Shown: one piece after another, positions 38,634 to 47,122 of the stretch
Layout of the letters: each line of letters opens with the position of its first letter
Position numbering within the stretch: the first letter of the stretch is position 1
Origin: a virus
Lineage: Duplodnaviria > Caudoviricetes
Direction: 5' to 3' (one strand)
DNA: 64,000 nucleotides
Virus record (IMG/VR): IMGVR_UViG_2663763243_000008
Span: 1 to 64,000 of that record
Notes under the pieces: generated by a model
Databases searched by the model: none
The model's input: the letters and a program-made list of their open reading frames with translations, nothing else
Told to the model about the DNA's origin: nothing
Translations under genes and position numbers: made by a program

Positions 38634-38816
38634 TTATTTCTGATTATGCAAAATCAATTTTTCGGGTGCTTTCTGCGGTGGGGTGCTGCTAATTCGAACA
38701 TCTACCGGAAAATCGTAGTGAACATCACAACGGCGATCAGTGTGGATGGTGCCTGTTCGTCCATCGGGGAGTGTGATATAGGACTTTTCACCGCGTTTGT
38801 GAGTACGCTTTAGCAT
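38634..38816 (-). CDS. Small protein, weakly CsrA-like
   Basis: ML.RT.K.GE..YI.LPDG...P.DV.I pattern and size. Confidence 0.5.
   Translation of the reverse strand: MLKRTHKRGEKSYITLPDGRTGTIHTDRRCDVHYDFPVDVRISSTPPQKAPEKLILHNQK
38640..38657. promoter_or_regulatory. YdaT/CII-type binding site at a pI-like position
   Basis: CTGATT-ATGCAA-AATCAA matches the TTGATT-N6-AATCAA site described for YdaT; upstream of xis/int. Confidence 0.72.
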
Positions 38817-38861
38817 GGGTGTTGCCTCAGTAATGCCCCGTTGGTTTGGGGCGGGATGAAA

Positions 38862-39362
38862 TTAGCGAACCTGCAGGCTACGGCTACCGATCTCGATATG
38901 CGCACCTTTAACATCAACACCATTCTCTATGGCTTCCTTAATGGCTTTTTTATCGGGCGCTACGGTGGTTTGCACTGTCACCAATTCACTGGACAATAAG
39001 TCTTCATTGTCGATCACCACACTGGCCACACCTTTGCGTGCGGTGAATGTGTTATACGGCGTTTTAAGTGTGTTCATATCTGCGGCCAATAAGCAGTTAA
39101 GGACGTACTGTTTGATCGATTTGGCCCGATTCTCGAATGACCTTTTCCGCTCAGCCAGACGTTTAGCTTCCTCATCACAGGTCTTTGCTTGCCCCTCAAG
39201 ATTGCGAACAAAGACGTAGGTTGCATCCAGCTTATCCCCCAGGGCACCCTCTAACCCCTCAAGCGTATCGGCGATCATTTCTGGCGTGAGTTCCTCTGAG
39301 GACTCAACCAACTGTTGCAGTTTGAAAAGGTCTGCGGCTAATGCGATTGCTGTATTGCTCAT
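38862..39362 (-). CDS. Siphovirus Gp157-family protein
   Basis: DTLEGLEG.L.DK...EAKRL.ERK...PDKKAIKEAI..G.DVKGA...SLQVR. Confidence 0.88.
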   Translation of the reverse strand: MSNTAIALAADLFKLQQLVESSEELTPEMIADTLEGLEGALGDKLDATYVFVRNLEGQAKTCDEEAKRLAERKRSFENRAKSIKQYVLNCLLAADMNTLKTPYNTFTARKGVASVVIDNEDLLSSELVTVQTTVAPDKKAIKEAIENGVDVKGAHIEIGSRSLQVR

Positions 39363-41554
39363 AATGTCGGCTCCTGTGCGGTAAGTTCAGCAACCCGTTT
39401 TTCAGTTAAGCGGTGTAACGCCAGCAGGCGGGTTTTGAGGTAATTGGCGTGTTCGTGATCGGCTTTGGCTTCTGCATCTTTGCGGTGTACATCAACTTCA
39501 CGCGCAATGGTGCTGTAAACCTTGTTCACTTCGTTGGTGGTGACGGCGCTCGTAATGGTATTGCCTACTTTGGTTAACTTCTCATCCAGCTCTTTGCGCA
39601 GACGAACTGAGTCACCGGCTTTCTCACTTGCGTTCTTGATAGCAAACTCAGCGGCGTTATCAGTGCGGTATCCGAGATCATCAAAAAGACCGAGGAATAC
39701 ATCAGCAGAGAAACCAAGTTGTGACAGTGCCTTTTTAGTCGCATCCGTTAGTGATTTTTTGGTGACTTCACTATCACAGGTGAGACCGTTTTTGGTGTTG
39801 TAGATATATGGGGTGCAACCATATGCAGGGATTTCGCCACGCTCACCACGCAGGGTGTAGATTAAGCGTATTTTAATGACATGATTGATCTCAGTTAGAT
39901 AGCCGCCAGATCCGTTGGGTATGACTTCTTTTATATAATTTCCATCAGCACCTTTGACTGACCGCATGATCGGTGCACCGTTATCAAAGCGTTCTTCTAA
40001 AATCTCCACCCGCCAGTTGATACCTTGTGGCCCAAGCAATTTTGTTGCTTGCATAACCATATAGGTGCCGTTAATCGACGTGCCACCACCGTTATTTGAG
40101 AATGCTTTAGTAAAGCGTTCATCGGTTCTTTGCACCGAGCGCCACAGATTCATGTTGTCCTGCACATCTTGTGGCTGTGAAGATATATCCTCTTCAATGA
40201 TGACGGCTCGCTGCTGAAATTCATCAGCAGTAACATCTACAGTAGGAATAGCGCTTTGCTGCGCCTCTTCAATAACCTCTGTCGGCTTCTCCTCAACTGA
40301 GGCATAAACGCTGTAACCCAACTGATCCAACGTCTCTTTAGCCTGTTGAGCTGCGTTATCAGTGATAGGTTCCAGTTCAGGGTTTTCCTGTTCTGTTTCA
40401 ACAATTGGCGGTTTTGTTTCAGTTTCTGGCTCAGAATTGGCAACCAGCGCCAGTTTTGTTTCATTGTTTGCCGCTGGTTGCGGTTCACCACCGGCTAGAC
40501 CATCAATAGAGAACTTGCCATCACCCAGATTGGTTACTGCGGGTTGTGGGTTTTTAACGGCTAAACACTGAGTGATAAATTCCTTTCGTGCTGAGGCATC
40601 GGTCAGGAAGATAGGTTGCTTTTTACCCGCGCGGATCACTTCAAAGATGCTTTCACGTGGAATAGATAACACATTGTTGCGAACGCGAAAATCGGTTGAC
40701 CATTTACGCCAGGCATCATCATTGTTATCCATCAGCTCTTTTGCTTGCTTCATCTCTGCCGACATGACATCCCAGCAGTTAAAATCAGCAGGCAATAAGG
40801 CGAGAGCGACTTCGAGATCGAGCGTTTTATATGTGTGCTCAAAGCTGCGTTTGATTGGCGCATCAGGAGCCGGCGTGTCAATACGGGCAACTTTTTTAGT
40901 ACCGGTTAACTCGTCACGATTGCTGGGTTCATTAACCCATTTTTCAGCAAAGCTACGTACTTCCCTGAATCCAGGTATTTTGGGGAATTTCTTATTTATC
41001 GCATCAATAAGATTTTTAATTGACTGCGGATACATCGCGCCAATTGCAGGAATACATGTGAGCGCCATGTATATCGAACTTATTTCCGGCTCAGCGTCGT
41101 CATCATTAATTAAGTCATACACAAGTGATAGCTCATGTGAATCAATGTCACGCGCACCGTACAACATTACGCTACCAACTTTAGCTCCAATACCCAGTTT
41201 GTTGAAATCAACCGGAGTAGTAGTAATGTCCTCACTTACCTCGCCGTTGTCTTCATTACCATCCTCAGGCAACGGTACAGCATTAGGCGTCCATACTTTG
41301 CCATCAAAGGTATTATCCTGTGCGAACTGCTCATCGAACTCACCAACAACCGGGCGCGGTTGCCCGACAGTATCCTCACAGATTTTCGGATCAGCAAAGT
41401 TATCACCGGCAGCGGGGTAGGCTTCCCATAATTTCCCGATGGCCAGTGCGGATGCCATTTTCTTATTTATGGCTTCCAGAGCTATAACAAGCGGTATAGC
41501 CCCATTTTTGAGAGCCGCTTTTTTCGGCTCGAATAAACAAATAAATACAGTCAT
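39359..41554 (-). CDS. RecE-like N-terminal region fused to a Rad52/Sak-like annealing domain
   Basis: HTYKTLDLEVALALL..W..WS (RecE-like); C-terminal TSINGTY...LGPQGINW...KKSLTDATKKALSQLGFSADVFLG. Confidence 0.7.
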   Translation of the reverse strand: MTVFICLFEPKKAALKNGAIPLVIALEAINKKMASALAIGKLWEAYPAAGDNFADPKICEDTVGQPRPVVGEFDEQFAQDNTFDGKVWTPNAVPLPEDGNEDNGEVSEDITTTPVDFNKLGIGAKVGSVMLYGARDIDSHELSLVYDLINDDDAEPEISSIYMALTCIPAIGAMYPQSIKNLIDAINKKFPKIPGFREVRSFAEKWVNEPSNRDELTGTKKVARIDTPAPDAPIKRSFEHTYKTLDLEVALALLPADFNCWDVMSAEMKQAKELMDNNDDAWRKWSTDFRVRNNVLSIPRESIFEVIRAGKKQPIFLTDASARKEFITQCLAVKNPQPAVTNLGDGKFSIDGLAGGEPQPAANNETKLALVANSEPETETKPPIVETEQENPELEPITDNAAQQAKETLDQLGYSVYASVEEKPTEVIEEAQQSAIPTVDVTADEFQQRAVIIEEDISSQPQDVQDNMNLWRSVQRTDERFTKAFSNNGGGTSINGTYMVMQATKLLGPQGINWRVEILEERFDNGAPIMRSVKGADGNYIKEVIPNGSGGYLTEINHVIKIRLIYTLRGERGEIPAYGCTPYIYNTKNGLTCDSEVTKKSLTDATKKALSQLGFSADVFLGLFDDLGYRTDNAAEFAIKNASEKAGDSVRLRKELDEKLTKVGNTITSAVTTNEVNKVYSTIAREVDVHRKDAEAKADHEHANYLKTRLLALHRLTEKRVAELTAQEPTL

Positions 41555-41609
41555 GTTGGTCTTGCCTCTTTGGTTTTTAAACGGATCTTGGTCTTTGATG
41601 TATGACTAA

Positions 41610-41945
41610 TTAAAAAGGAATTTCGGTATCATCAGATACGTTCGATGGAGTGCTGTGCTCGATGCATAGCAACGCCTGAATCTGATCATCAATTAGTGAC
41701 TGCTTACGATATGACTCAGCCGCAATCTGTTCCTTTTTGCTATGGAGTGAATCGACATGCTTGCTGATGATTTCAAAAGGGTCGGGTTCGTCAAAAGGAA
41801 TCGTAATTTCTCGGGTTTCGAGTAAAACATGCGCTGGCTCAACCTGTGACATGTCACAGGTGTACACGGTAAAGCGATCATCTTTTGATGTTGAATATGG
41901 ATTGGTATGGATGTAGAGCTTGGTGGTTATCTGTAGTGCTGTCAT
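41610..41945 (-). CDS. Hypothetical early protein
   Basis: AGGAG RBS before ATG 41945; ends DDTEIPF, resembling an SSB-type acidic tail. Confidence 0.72.
   Translation of the reverse strand: MTALQITTKLYIHTNPYSTSKDDRFTVYTCDMSQVEPAHVLLETREITIPFDEPDPFEIISKHVDSLHSKKEQIAAESYRKQSLIDDQIQALLCIEHSTPSNVSDDTEIPF
41842..41861. repeat. 20-bp perfect palindrome ACCTGTGACATGTCACAGGT
   Basis: Direct reading; contains the shared 14-mer. Confidence 0.9.
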
Positions 41946-41954
41946 AGCAACTCC

Positions 41955-41963
41955 TGATATACT
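41955..41963 (+). promoter_or_regulatory. Extended -10 promoter element for an antisense RNA
   Basis: TG-A-TATACT. Confidence 0.6.
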
Positions 41964-41968
41964 TATTT

Positions 41969-42088
41969 TAAGATTGATGGCGTAAGCCGTTGGTCTTGCC
42001 TCTGTTAACGGGTTGGTCCCCGTTAGCTTCCCGGTTAACTTTGGTCGGTGACCCGGGGTAAAGAAGCCCACTTCGGTGGGTTTTTTTA
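41969..42088 (+). ncRNA. Predicted antisense small RNA with three UUGGUC motifs
   Basis: Extended -10 upstream, three stem-loops whose G-U pairs work only on the + strand, then intrinsic terminator GCCCAC-TTCG-GTGGGT-T6. Confidence 0.7.
42064..42088 (+). terminator. Intrinsic terminator oriented against the pL operon
   Basis: AAGCCCACTTCGGTGGGTTTTTTT. Confidence 0.8.
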
Positions 42089-42255
42089 CGTCTGTAATTT
42101 GGTGCCCATTACGCCGGGCCAGCGGGTCAGATCTTCGGTCTTGCCTCACCACACTTTCCCGTCGTGGCTACGTTATTGGTTTGGGCTGCTGCACTGTGGT
42201 AATCATGCCGAGCCTTGGCGCGGGGTTCTCCTCCAATGCAACAACCCAAATTCTG

Positions 42256-42411
42256 TTATTGCCGTACTTTGACTACTTGATAATCACGGCCAGTATTACG
42301 TGCGTAATCATCAGCTTCTTTGCGAGTTGGGTAAGTATTTCCGTTAGCCCACATTCCACAGTAGCGATATTGGATCTGGAATTTACTCGCTTGCTTTTTA
42401 GTTGCTTTCAT
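42256..42411 (-). CDS. 51-aa hypothetical, first gene of the pL operon
   Basis: GAGGGA RBS, MKATKKQASKFQIQY... Confidence 0.55.
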   Translation of the reverse strand: MKATKKQASKFQIQYRYCGMWANGNTYPTRKEADDYARNTGRDYQVVKVRQ

Positions 42412-42465
42412 AACTTCCCTCTTTTGCCGTCTTCCCGGCTGCCAGAACGTACTAAACCTAAACTT

Positions 42466-42527
42466 GCGAATCATCCGGTGTTTCGTATGCCACCGGCAGC
42501 TACTTCGTGGGCGTCCTGCCTGTTCGC
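42466..42527 (-). ncRNA. Structured pL leader element
   Basis: GCGAA..TTCGC closing stem with GCAG..CTGC and CCGGTG..CACCGG hairpins just after pL. Confidence 0.45.
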
Positions 42528-42556
42528 ATCGGCTACTGTGCCGTGTTGATGAGAGA

Positions 42557-42609
42557 AATGTACCTATAGTTACCTTTCGTGTCAATAAGGGGGTGTTCCA
42601 ATAGTTACA
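42557..42609 (-). promoter_or_regulatory. pL promoter with two OL operators
   Basis: TTGACA-17-TACATT on minus; operators TGTACCTATAGTTACC (42559) and TGTTCCAATAGTTACA (42594). Confidence 0.8.
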
Positions 42610-42620
42610 TTTAGGGGCAT

Positions 42621-42646
42621 AAAAAAGCCCATCAGGGGGATGGGCT
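42621..42646 (-). terminator. cI terminator
   Basis: AGCCCATC..GATGGGCT followed by T-run on minus. Confidence 0.8.
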
Positions 42647-42651
42647 ATTGA

Positions 42652-43314
42652 TTACAGGTCTTGGGTAACCTGAACAACGCGACCGAGAATACGGCAATTG
42701 CCGTTTATTTCGATGGGTTTGAAATTGGGATTTAAAGGCATTAGGTATTTATTGGGGCCATCAACAACTAACTTTTTAATGGTGGCCTCGGAGCTGCCAT
42801 CAATGATGGCGACCACTATTTTACCGTACAAATCATCAATAGAACCATAATTAGGTTCTACGATAACGGTAGACCCCTCGGGGATAGAAGGGGAACCATT
42901 GGGGTTGGTCATTGACTCACCCCGAACATCCAAACCAAATGCGTTTTCAGAAACCTTCACTGTGGTGTTGCACCATCTAAGAACATCAGAGATACGGGCG
43001 GCGGAGTAGGTTTCTGTCCAGGCACCGGCTTGAACGGATGAGATGACAGGTATGGCATTAGGCACAGCGACGAGGGGCTTAATCTTCGTATCGTCAACCT
43101 GACGTAAATCTCCGGTACCATAGAGTAACCACTCTGGCGTGCATGAAAGTATTTGCGCCAGCCGGTGAAGATTTTCCCCATCTGGTTTAGTGATTCCTGA
43201 CTCCCATTTTGTCACTGATACACGGCTCACCCCAATAGCTTTGGCTAATTGGACTTGCGTGAGATCTAGCTGCAGTCTGCGAAGACGGATGCGGTCATTC
43301 ATTTCATTTTTCAT
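42652..43314 (-). CDS. cI: CI-like repressor (HTH + S24 peptidase)
   Basis: LTQVQLAKAIGVSRVSVTKWE; VRGESM and TIKKL autocleavage residues; start probably 43314. Confidence 0.93.
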   Translation of the reverse strand: MKNEMNDRIRLRRLQLDLTQVQLAKAIGVSRVSVTKWESGITKPDGENLHRLAQILSCTPEWLLYGTGDLRQVDDTKIKPLVAVPNAIPVISSVQAGAWTETYSAARISDVLRWCNTTVKVSENAFGLDVRGESMTNPNGSPSIPEGSTVIVEPNYGSIDDLYGKIVVAIIDGSSEATIKKLVVDGPNKYLMPLNPNFKPIEINGNCRILGRVVQVTQDL

Positions 43315-43379
43315 GTAACCAATGTTACGCCATAGCGATGTGAAAAGTGTTTGCATTGTTATGTACCTTTTGTTACCTT
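43314..43379 (+). promoter_or_regulatory. pR promoter with OR operators
   Basis: TTGCAT-17-TACCTT; operators TGTAACCAATGTTACG (43314) and TGTACCTTTTGTTACC (43362) match OL. Confidence 0.78.
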
Positions 43380-43406
43380 TCATCCTGAGTTAAACAAGGA
43401 GTTCCT

Positions 43407-43592
43407 ATGAACAAGAAAGATGTCGTCAAGTTTTTTGGTGGGGTAGTGAATACCGCCACGGCCTTAGGCATAAAGCACCCAGCAGTTTGCCGTTGGGGGG
43501 CAATTATCCCTGAGAAACAGGCAATGAAGATTGAACGCATGACTCATGGCGAACTGAAATATGACCCCGCTATGTATCGAAGTGCAGCCTAA
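43407..43592 (+). CDS. cro: Cro-like repressor
   Basis: KDVVKFFGG...A.ALGI...AV..WG..IP...A..IE..T.GELK. Confidence 0.88.
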   Translation: MNKKDVVKFFGGVVNTATALGIKHPAVCRWGAIIPEKQAMKIERMTHGELKYDPAMYRSAA

Positions 43593-43611
43593 CCCAATCC
43601 CACTCACAAAT

Positions 43612-43629
43612 CTGATTATCAATAATCAA
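43612..43629. promoter_or_regulatory. YdaT/CII-type binding site at a pRE-like position
   Basis: CTGATT-ATCAAT-AATCAA between cro and the cII-position gene. Confidence 0.75.
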
Positions 43630-43652
43630 TTTCCTGCGACAGGAGACGCAAC

Positions 43653-44117
43653 GTGGAACAAGAAATTAAAGCCCTTAAAGCCGAAGTTCAGGCGTGGGCG
43701 GCAGAGCGGGGGCAGGAGCATGTAGCTATCGAGATCAGCAGAATGTTTTTCTTGCTCAATATCAACACCGGTTCAGTTCGTCTCACTCCCATTGAAAACG
43801 GGCAGGGCGGCGCTGATTGGAAGTCTATTAACAACAACCGGCAGCAGTTATTTCGCTGGCTGCGCGGGGATTCAAAAGCATCAATGCGCAAGGTCTTGGA
43901 ATTATCACCGGTACTTAAAGCGGCACTCCCGGCAGAACGGCGGGCCAGGGTGAATGGCGAGACCGTGAATTATTTGGTTTCGATTGCCAGTCGAGAGTTT
44001 GCCGCAGCAATTAGCGCGGTTCTATTAGATGGCTGTGACATGTCACAAAGGATATCGGGCGCTGTTGCGGCACTTCACGCAATCAGACCACAACACCACC
44101 GGCTGACCACCGTATAA
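43653..44117 (+). CDS. YdaT-family CII-equivalent activator
   Basis: WAAERGQEHVAIEI...NNRQQLFRWL...L.P....ALP.ERRAR; cII position; GTG start with AGGAG. Confidence 0.8.
   Translation: MEQEIKALKAEVQAWAAERGQEHVAIEISRMFFLLNINTGSVRLTPIENGQGGADWKSINNNRQQLFRWLRGDSKASMRKVLELSPVLKAALPAERRARVNGETVNYLVSIASREFAAAISAVLLDGCDMSQRISGAVAALHAIRPQHHRLTTV
44034..44047. repeat. TGTGACATGTCACA palindrome
   Basis: Exact copy inside the YdaT-like gene. Confidence 0.9.
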
Positions 44118-44133
44118 AACAGAGGCAAGACCA

Positions 44134-44358
44134 ATGCTTACATCTATCGACAAAATCACCTGGCGCAACGGATTCCGGCTTAACGGCCAACCGGCAAGCA
44201 TGGTTGACATCGCCCCTATTTTTGCCGGGCGTCAGGTAGCCGCCTATAGCGTGTGGGAGCAGTATGAACAAAAGAAAGCCGACCTGCGCGGGATGAACCT
44301 ATCGCCTGACGATTATCAGTCTGCCTGTCGGCAAATAGCCGAAGCGCTAGGGATCTGA
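44134..44358 (+). CDS. Hypothetical protein
   Basis: RBS AGAGGCAAGACCA; between cII and replication genes. Confidence 0.75.
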   Translation: MLTSIDKITWRNGFRLNGQPASMVDIAPIFAGRQVAAYSVWEQYEQKKADLRGMNLSPDDYQSACRQIAEALGI

Positions 44359-44360
44359 CT

Positions 44361-45335
44361 ATGAGCATGAATCTAATGGCTCGGGCCATGAATATCAAAG
44401 TCGGCAACCCGTTACGAAAGTTAGTGCTGATAAAATTAGCTGATAATGCGAACGATCAGGGCGAGTGCTGGCCATCGGTTCCCTACATTGCCGATCAGTG
44501 TGAAATATCCGAACGCTCGGTACAGAATCATATTCAAGAACTGGTCAAAAGTGGGCTGGTTAGGATTGAAGAACGTAAATCTGATAATGGCCTGAATCGT
44601 TCAAATGTTTATCACCTGCGCTTAAATTCCGCTGGTGCAAATGCTGCACCCTATGGTGAATCTCCTGCACCCTCTGGTGTAAATGGTGCACCGGTTAGTG
44701 GTGCAAATGCTGCACCCAGAACCAGTCACTCTTTTGAACCAGTCATAGATCCAAATACACCCCTTACCCCTCAAGGGGAAACCGAAAATATTCTCGCTGA
44801 CGCTGAAAAGGCTTTGGCGTATTACAACGAACTCACTCACACTCGGTGTGAAGATTCTAGCCCATTCGAAACCTTGCTGACGGCAACGAAATCACGCAAA
44901 GCCTACGCGCTGGCTGATTTGCAACTGGTGGCCCTATGGGTAGTCAGCACATGGAAACCCCGCAACGGCAAGTATGCCAAACCTGCGAATATCTGCCGTG
45001 TAAACCGGTTCGATGGTTATCTGGCTGATGCCCGCGCATGGTCTGAGTCTGCCGGGCGGATTGATTGCGATGAGGTCATTGCTGCGTATAACCGTGTATT
45101 CAGCGATGTTTTGCCACCGGCTGAAATCGATCAGGACCGTAAACACGCCATCCGCGAATTACTCCAATACCTCAAAACCAAAGACCTTGAAGCGTTCCAG
45201 AGCTACTTCGAAGCCTTTCGCGGACAGGCAACCGTGTTTTATTTCGGTGGTGATGATGGGGCAGGCTGGCGGGCAAACTTTGATTATCTGATGAAACCGG
45301 AAGTTTTAAGAAAAACCCGTGATGGTGCGCTATGA
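44361..45335 (+). CDS. Replication initiator (O-like, N-terminal HTH)
   Basis: KLVLIKLADNAND.GECWPS...IA..CE; internal iterons; C-terminal WRANFDYL. Confidence 0.88.
   Translation: MSMNLMARAMNIKVGNPLRKLVLIKLADNANDQGECWPSVPYIADQCEISERSVQNHIQELVKSGLVRIEERKSDNGLNRSNVYHLRLNSAGANAAPYGESPAPSGVNGAPVSGANAAPRTSHSFEPVIDPNTPLTPQGETENILADAEKALAYYNELTHTRCEDSSPFETLLTATKSRKAYALADLQLVALWVVSTWKPRNGKYAKPANICRVNRFDGYLADARAWSESAGRIDCDEVIAAYNRVFSDVLPPAEIDQDRKHAIRELLQYLKTKDLEAFQSYFEAFRGQATVFYFGGDDGAGWRANFDYLMKPEVLRKTRDGAL
44634..44716. repeat. Four iterons of the phage replication origin
   Basis: GGTG.A.....TGCACC at 44634, 44655, 44676 and 44700. Confidence 0.8.
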
Positions 45336-46693
45336 ATGCATACGATTTAGAGTCAGCGGTAGTGGGTGGCCTGCTGCTCGGTGGCGCTACACCAGATGCC
45401 TATGACGTTATTGCCACTTTGCCTGAGGACGCCTTTAATACGGCATTCTTCCGCCGCGTGTATATCGAGATTAAGCGTCAGGCGCTGGGGACGTCAGTCA
45501 TTGATCCGATCTTAGTCGGCGAGTCGATGGGGGGTGATGATTTTGCCAACGTCTTAAGCACAGCAAAAAGCTGTTGGAGCGCTGCAAATCTCAAGGGCTA
45601 TGCAGACCTGGTTCGCGAATATTGGCATGTACGTGCGTTGACGGCAGCAATCCAAAAAGGGCAGCAGCAATTGGCCGCCTCTCACAGTCATGAACAGGCC
45701 AAGTTTGCTGTAGCTGAATTCATGGTCACCATGACCGAATTAACAAGCGAAAGTGGCGGCTTAATGCCGGTACACATCAAGGAATTGATGGATACCTATG
45801 TCGACACGCTGGAAAAACGGAACTTAGGCGCAGAAGAAACCCGCATGATCATGACCGGCATTGAACCGCTGGATCAGTTGACCGGAGGCTTTAACCCCAC
45901 CGATTTAATTATACTGGCCGGACGCCCCGGCATGGGTAAAACAGAGTTGGCGTTAAGCATGATTAACGGCATGACCCGTAATGGTGGTGGCGCTTTGTTG
46001 TTCTCTATGGAGATGGCAGCACAGCAGATTACCGAACGTACCATTGCCGGATCTGCCCAACTACCCGTATCCAAATTGCGTTCTGGCGTACTTTATGAGG
46101 AGGATTGGGCGCGCATATCTAACAGCCTTGGCGAGTTGGTTAATCAGGATATTTGGATTGTTGATGCCAGCGAACTCACCATTGATCAGATACGCGCCAT
46201 TTCTGAAACGCATAAACGCCGTTACCCGCACTTGAGTGGCGTATTTGTTGATTACATGGGGCTAATTACCACACCAAAAGCTGAGCGGCATGATCTGGCC
46301 GTTGGCAAAATATCCGGTGGCCTCAAAGCCCTTGCAAAACGCATCCATACGCCTGTTATCGCCTTAAGCCAACTATCTAGAAAGGTGGACGAAAGGCCCG
46401 CGGGTATGCGTCGTCCCGTTCCCGCCGATCTGCGTGACTCTGGTTCTGTTGAACAAGACGCTGACCGAATAATTTTCACCTACCGCGATGTTATTTATAA
46501 CCCACTCAGTCCAGCCAAGGACTACGCCGAATTGATTTTAGCTAAAGATAGATTTGGCATTCCGGGTGTCGTGTACCAGCAATTTAAAAATGGGCATTAC
46601 ATGCCAACTAACCAAACTAGTGCAGAGCAAGTATGCCGTATGCAGCAGGAAGCAAAATCAAACAATAGAAGTTACTCAACAAAAAAATTTTAA
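45332..46693 (+). CDS. dnaB: Replicative DNA helicase (DnaB-like)
   Basis: AGRPGMGKT, FSMEM, VDY, LSQLSR, DLRDSGSVEQDAD. Confidence 0.95.
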   Translation: MNAYDLESAVVGGLLLGGATPDAYDVIATLPEDAFNTAFFRRVYIEIKRQALGTSVIDPILVGESMGGDDFANVLSTAKSCWSAANLKGYADLVREYWHVRALTAAIQKGQQQLAASHSHEQAKFAVAEFMVTMTELTSESGGLMPVHIKELMDTYVDTLEKRNLGAEETRMIMTGIEPLDQLTGGFNPTDLIILAGRPGMGKTELALSMINGMTRNGGGALLFSMEMAAQQITERTIAGSAQLPVSKLRSGVLYEEDWARISNSLGELVNQDIWIVDASELTIDQIRAISETHKRRYPHLSGVFVDYMGLITTPKAERHDLAVGKISGGLKALAKRIHTPVIALSQLSRKVDERPAGMRRPVPADLRDSGSVEQDADRIIFTYRDVIYNPLSPAKDYAELILAKDRFGIPGVVYQQFKNGHYMPTNQTSAEQVCRMQQEAKSNNRSYSTKKF

Positions 46694-46737
46694 CCGCGCC
46701 TGACCAGCGTTTAAGTAACCCCAAAAGAGGCAAGACC

Positions 46738-47118
46738 ATGAAAAAACGTGAACTAACTACCCGTGAATTGGCTGAGGTTATGCTGGGCCAAAGCATGAGC
46801 TACAGCCAGATTATCGAGGCTATAGCTTTAAAATTCCCTAATGCTGAAATGCCTATTAACGTACTGCGTATCCGTGTGAGAAGCATGGTGCTCTCACCTC
46901 ATGCAGACATTACCCGCCGCAATGGTCGAAAGACTCAATACACCCTCAACAGTATCTCAGAGGATTTTTTCCGATTCTCTGACACACAAGTCAAACGCAA
47001 TAAAAGCGAACCCCGAACTAAACCCGCCAGAATGCCATTTGATGATAAGGAGTTGGCGTACTGCTTGCGAGCATCCCGAATAAATCAACTGATGAGCACT
47101 GTAGGCATGGGGAGTTAA
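46738..47118 (+). CDS. Hypothetical, possibly winged-HTH protein
   Basis: RBS AGAGGCAAGACC; basic 126-aa ORF. Confidence 0.72.
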   Translation: MKKRELTTRELAEVMLGQSMSYSQIIEAIALKFPNAEMPINVLRIRVRSMVLSPHADITRRNGRKTQYTLNSISEDFFRFSDTQVKRNKSEPRTKPARMPFDDKELAYCLRASRINQLMSTVGMGS

Positions 47119-47122
47119 TACC

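Noticed and set aside
40572-41420. Long antisense ORFs (also 10958-11614, 59977-60516 and many shorter ones)
   Set aside because: Shadows of well-supported genes on the opposite strand, without RBS or motifs
44634-44716. CRISPR-like repeat array
   Set aside because: 17-bp repeats with 4-7 nt spacers inside the initiator gene are iterons; no cas genes
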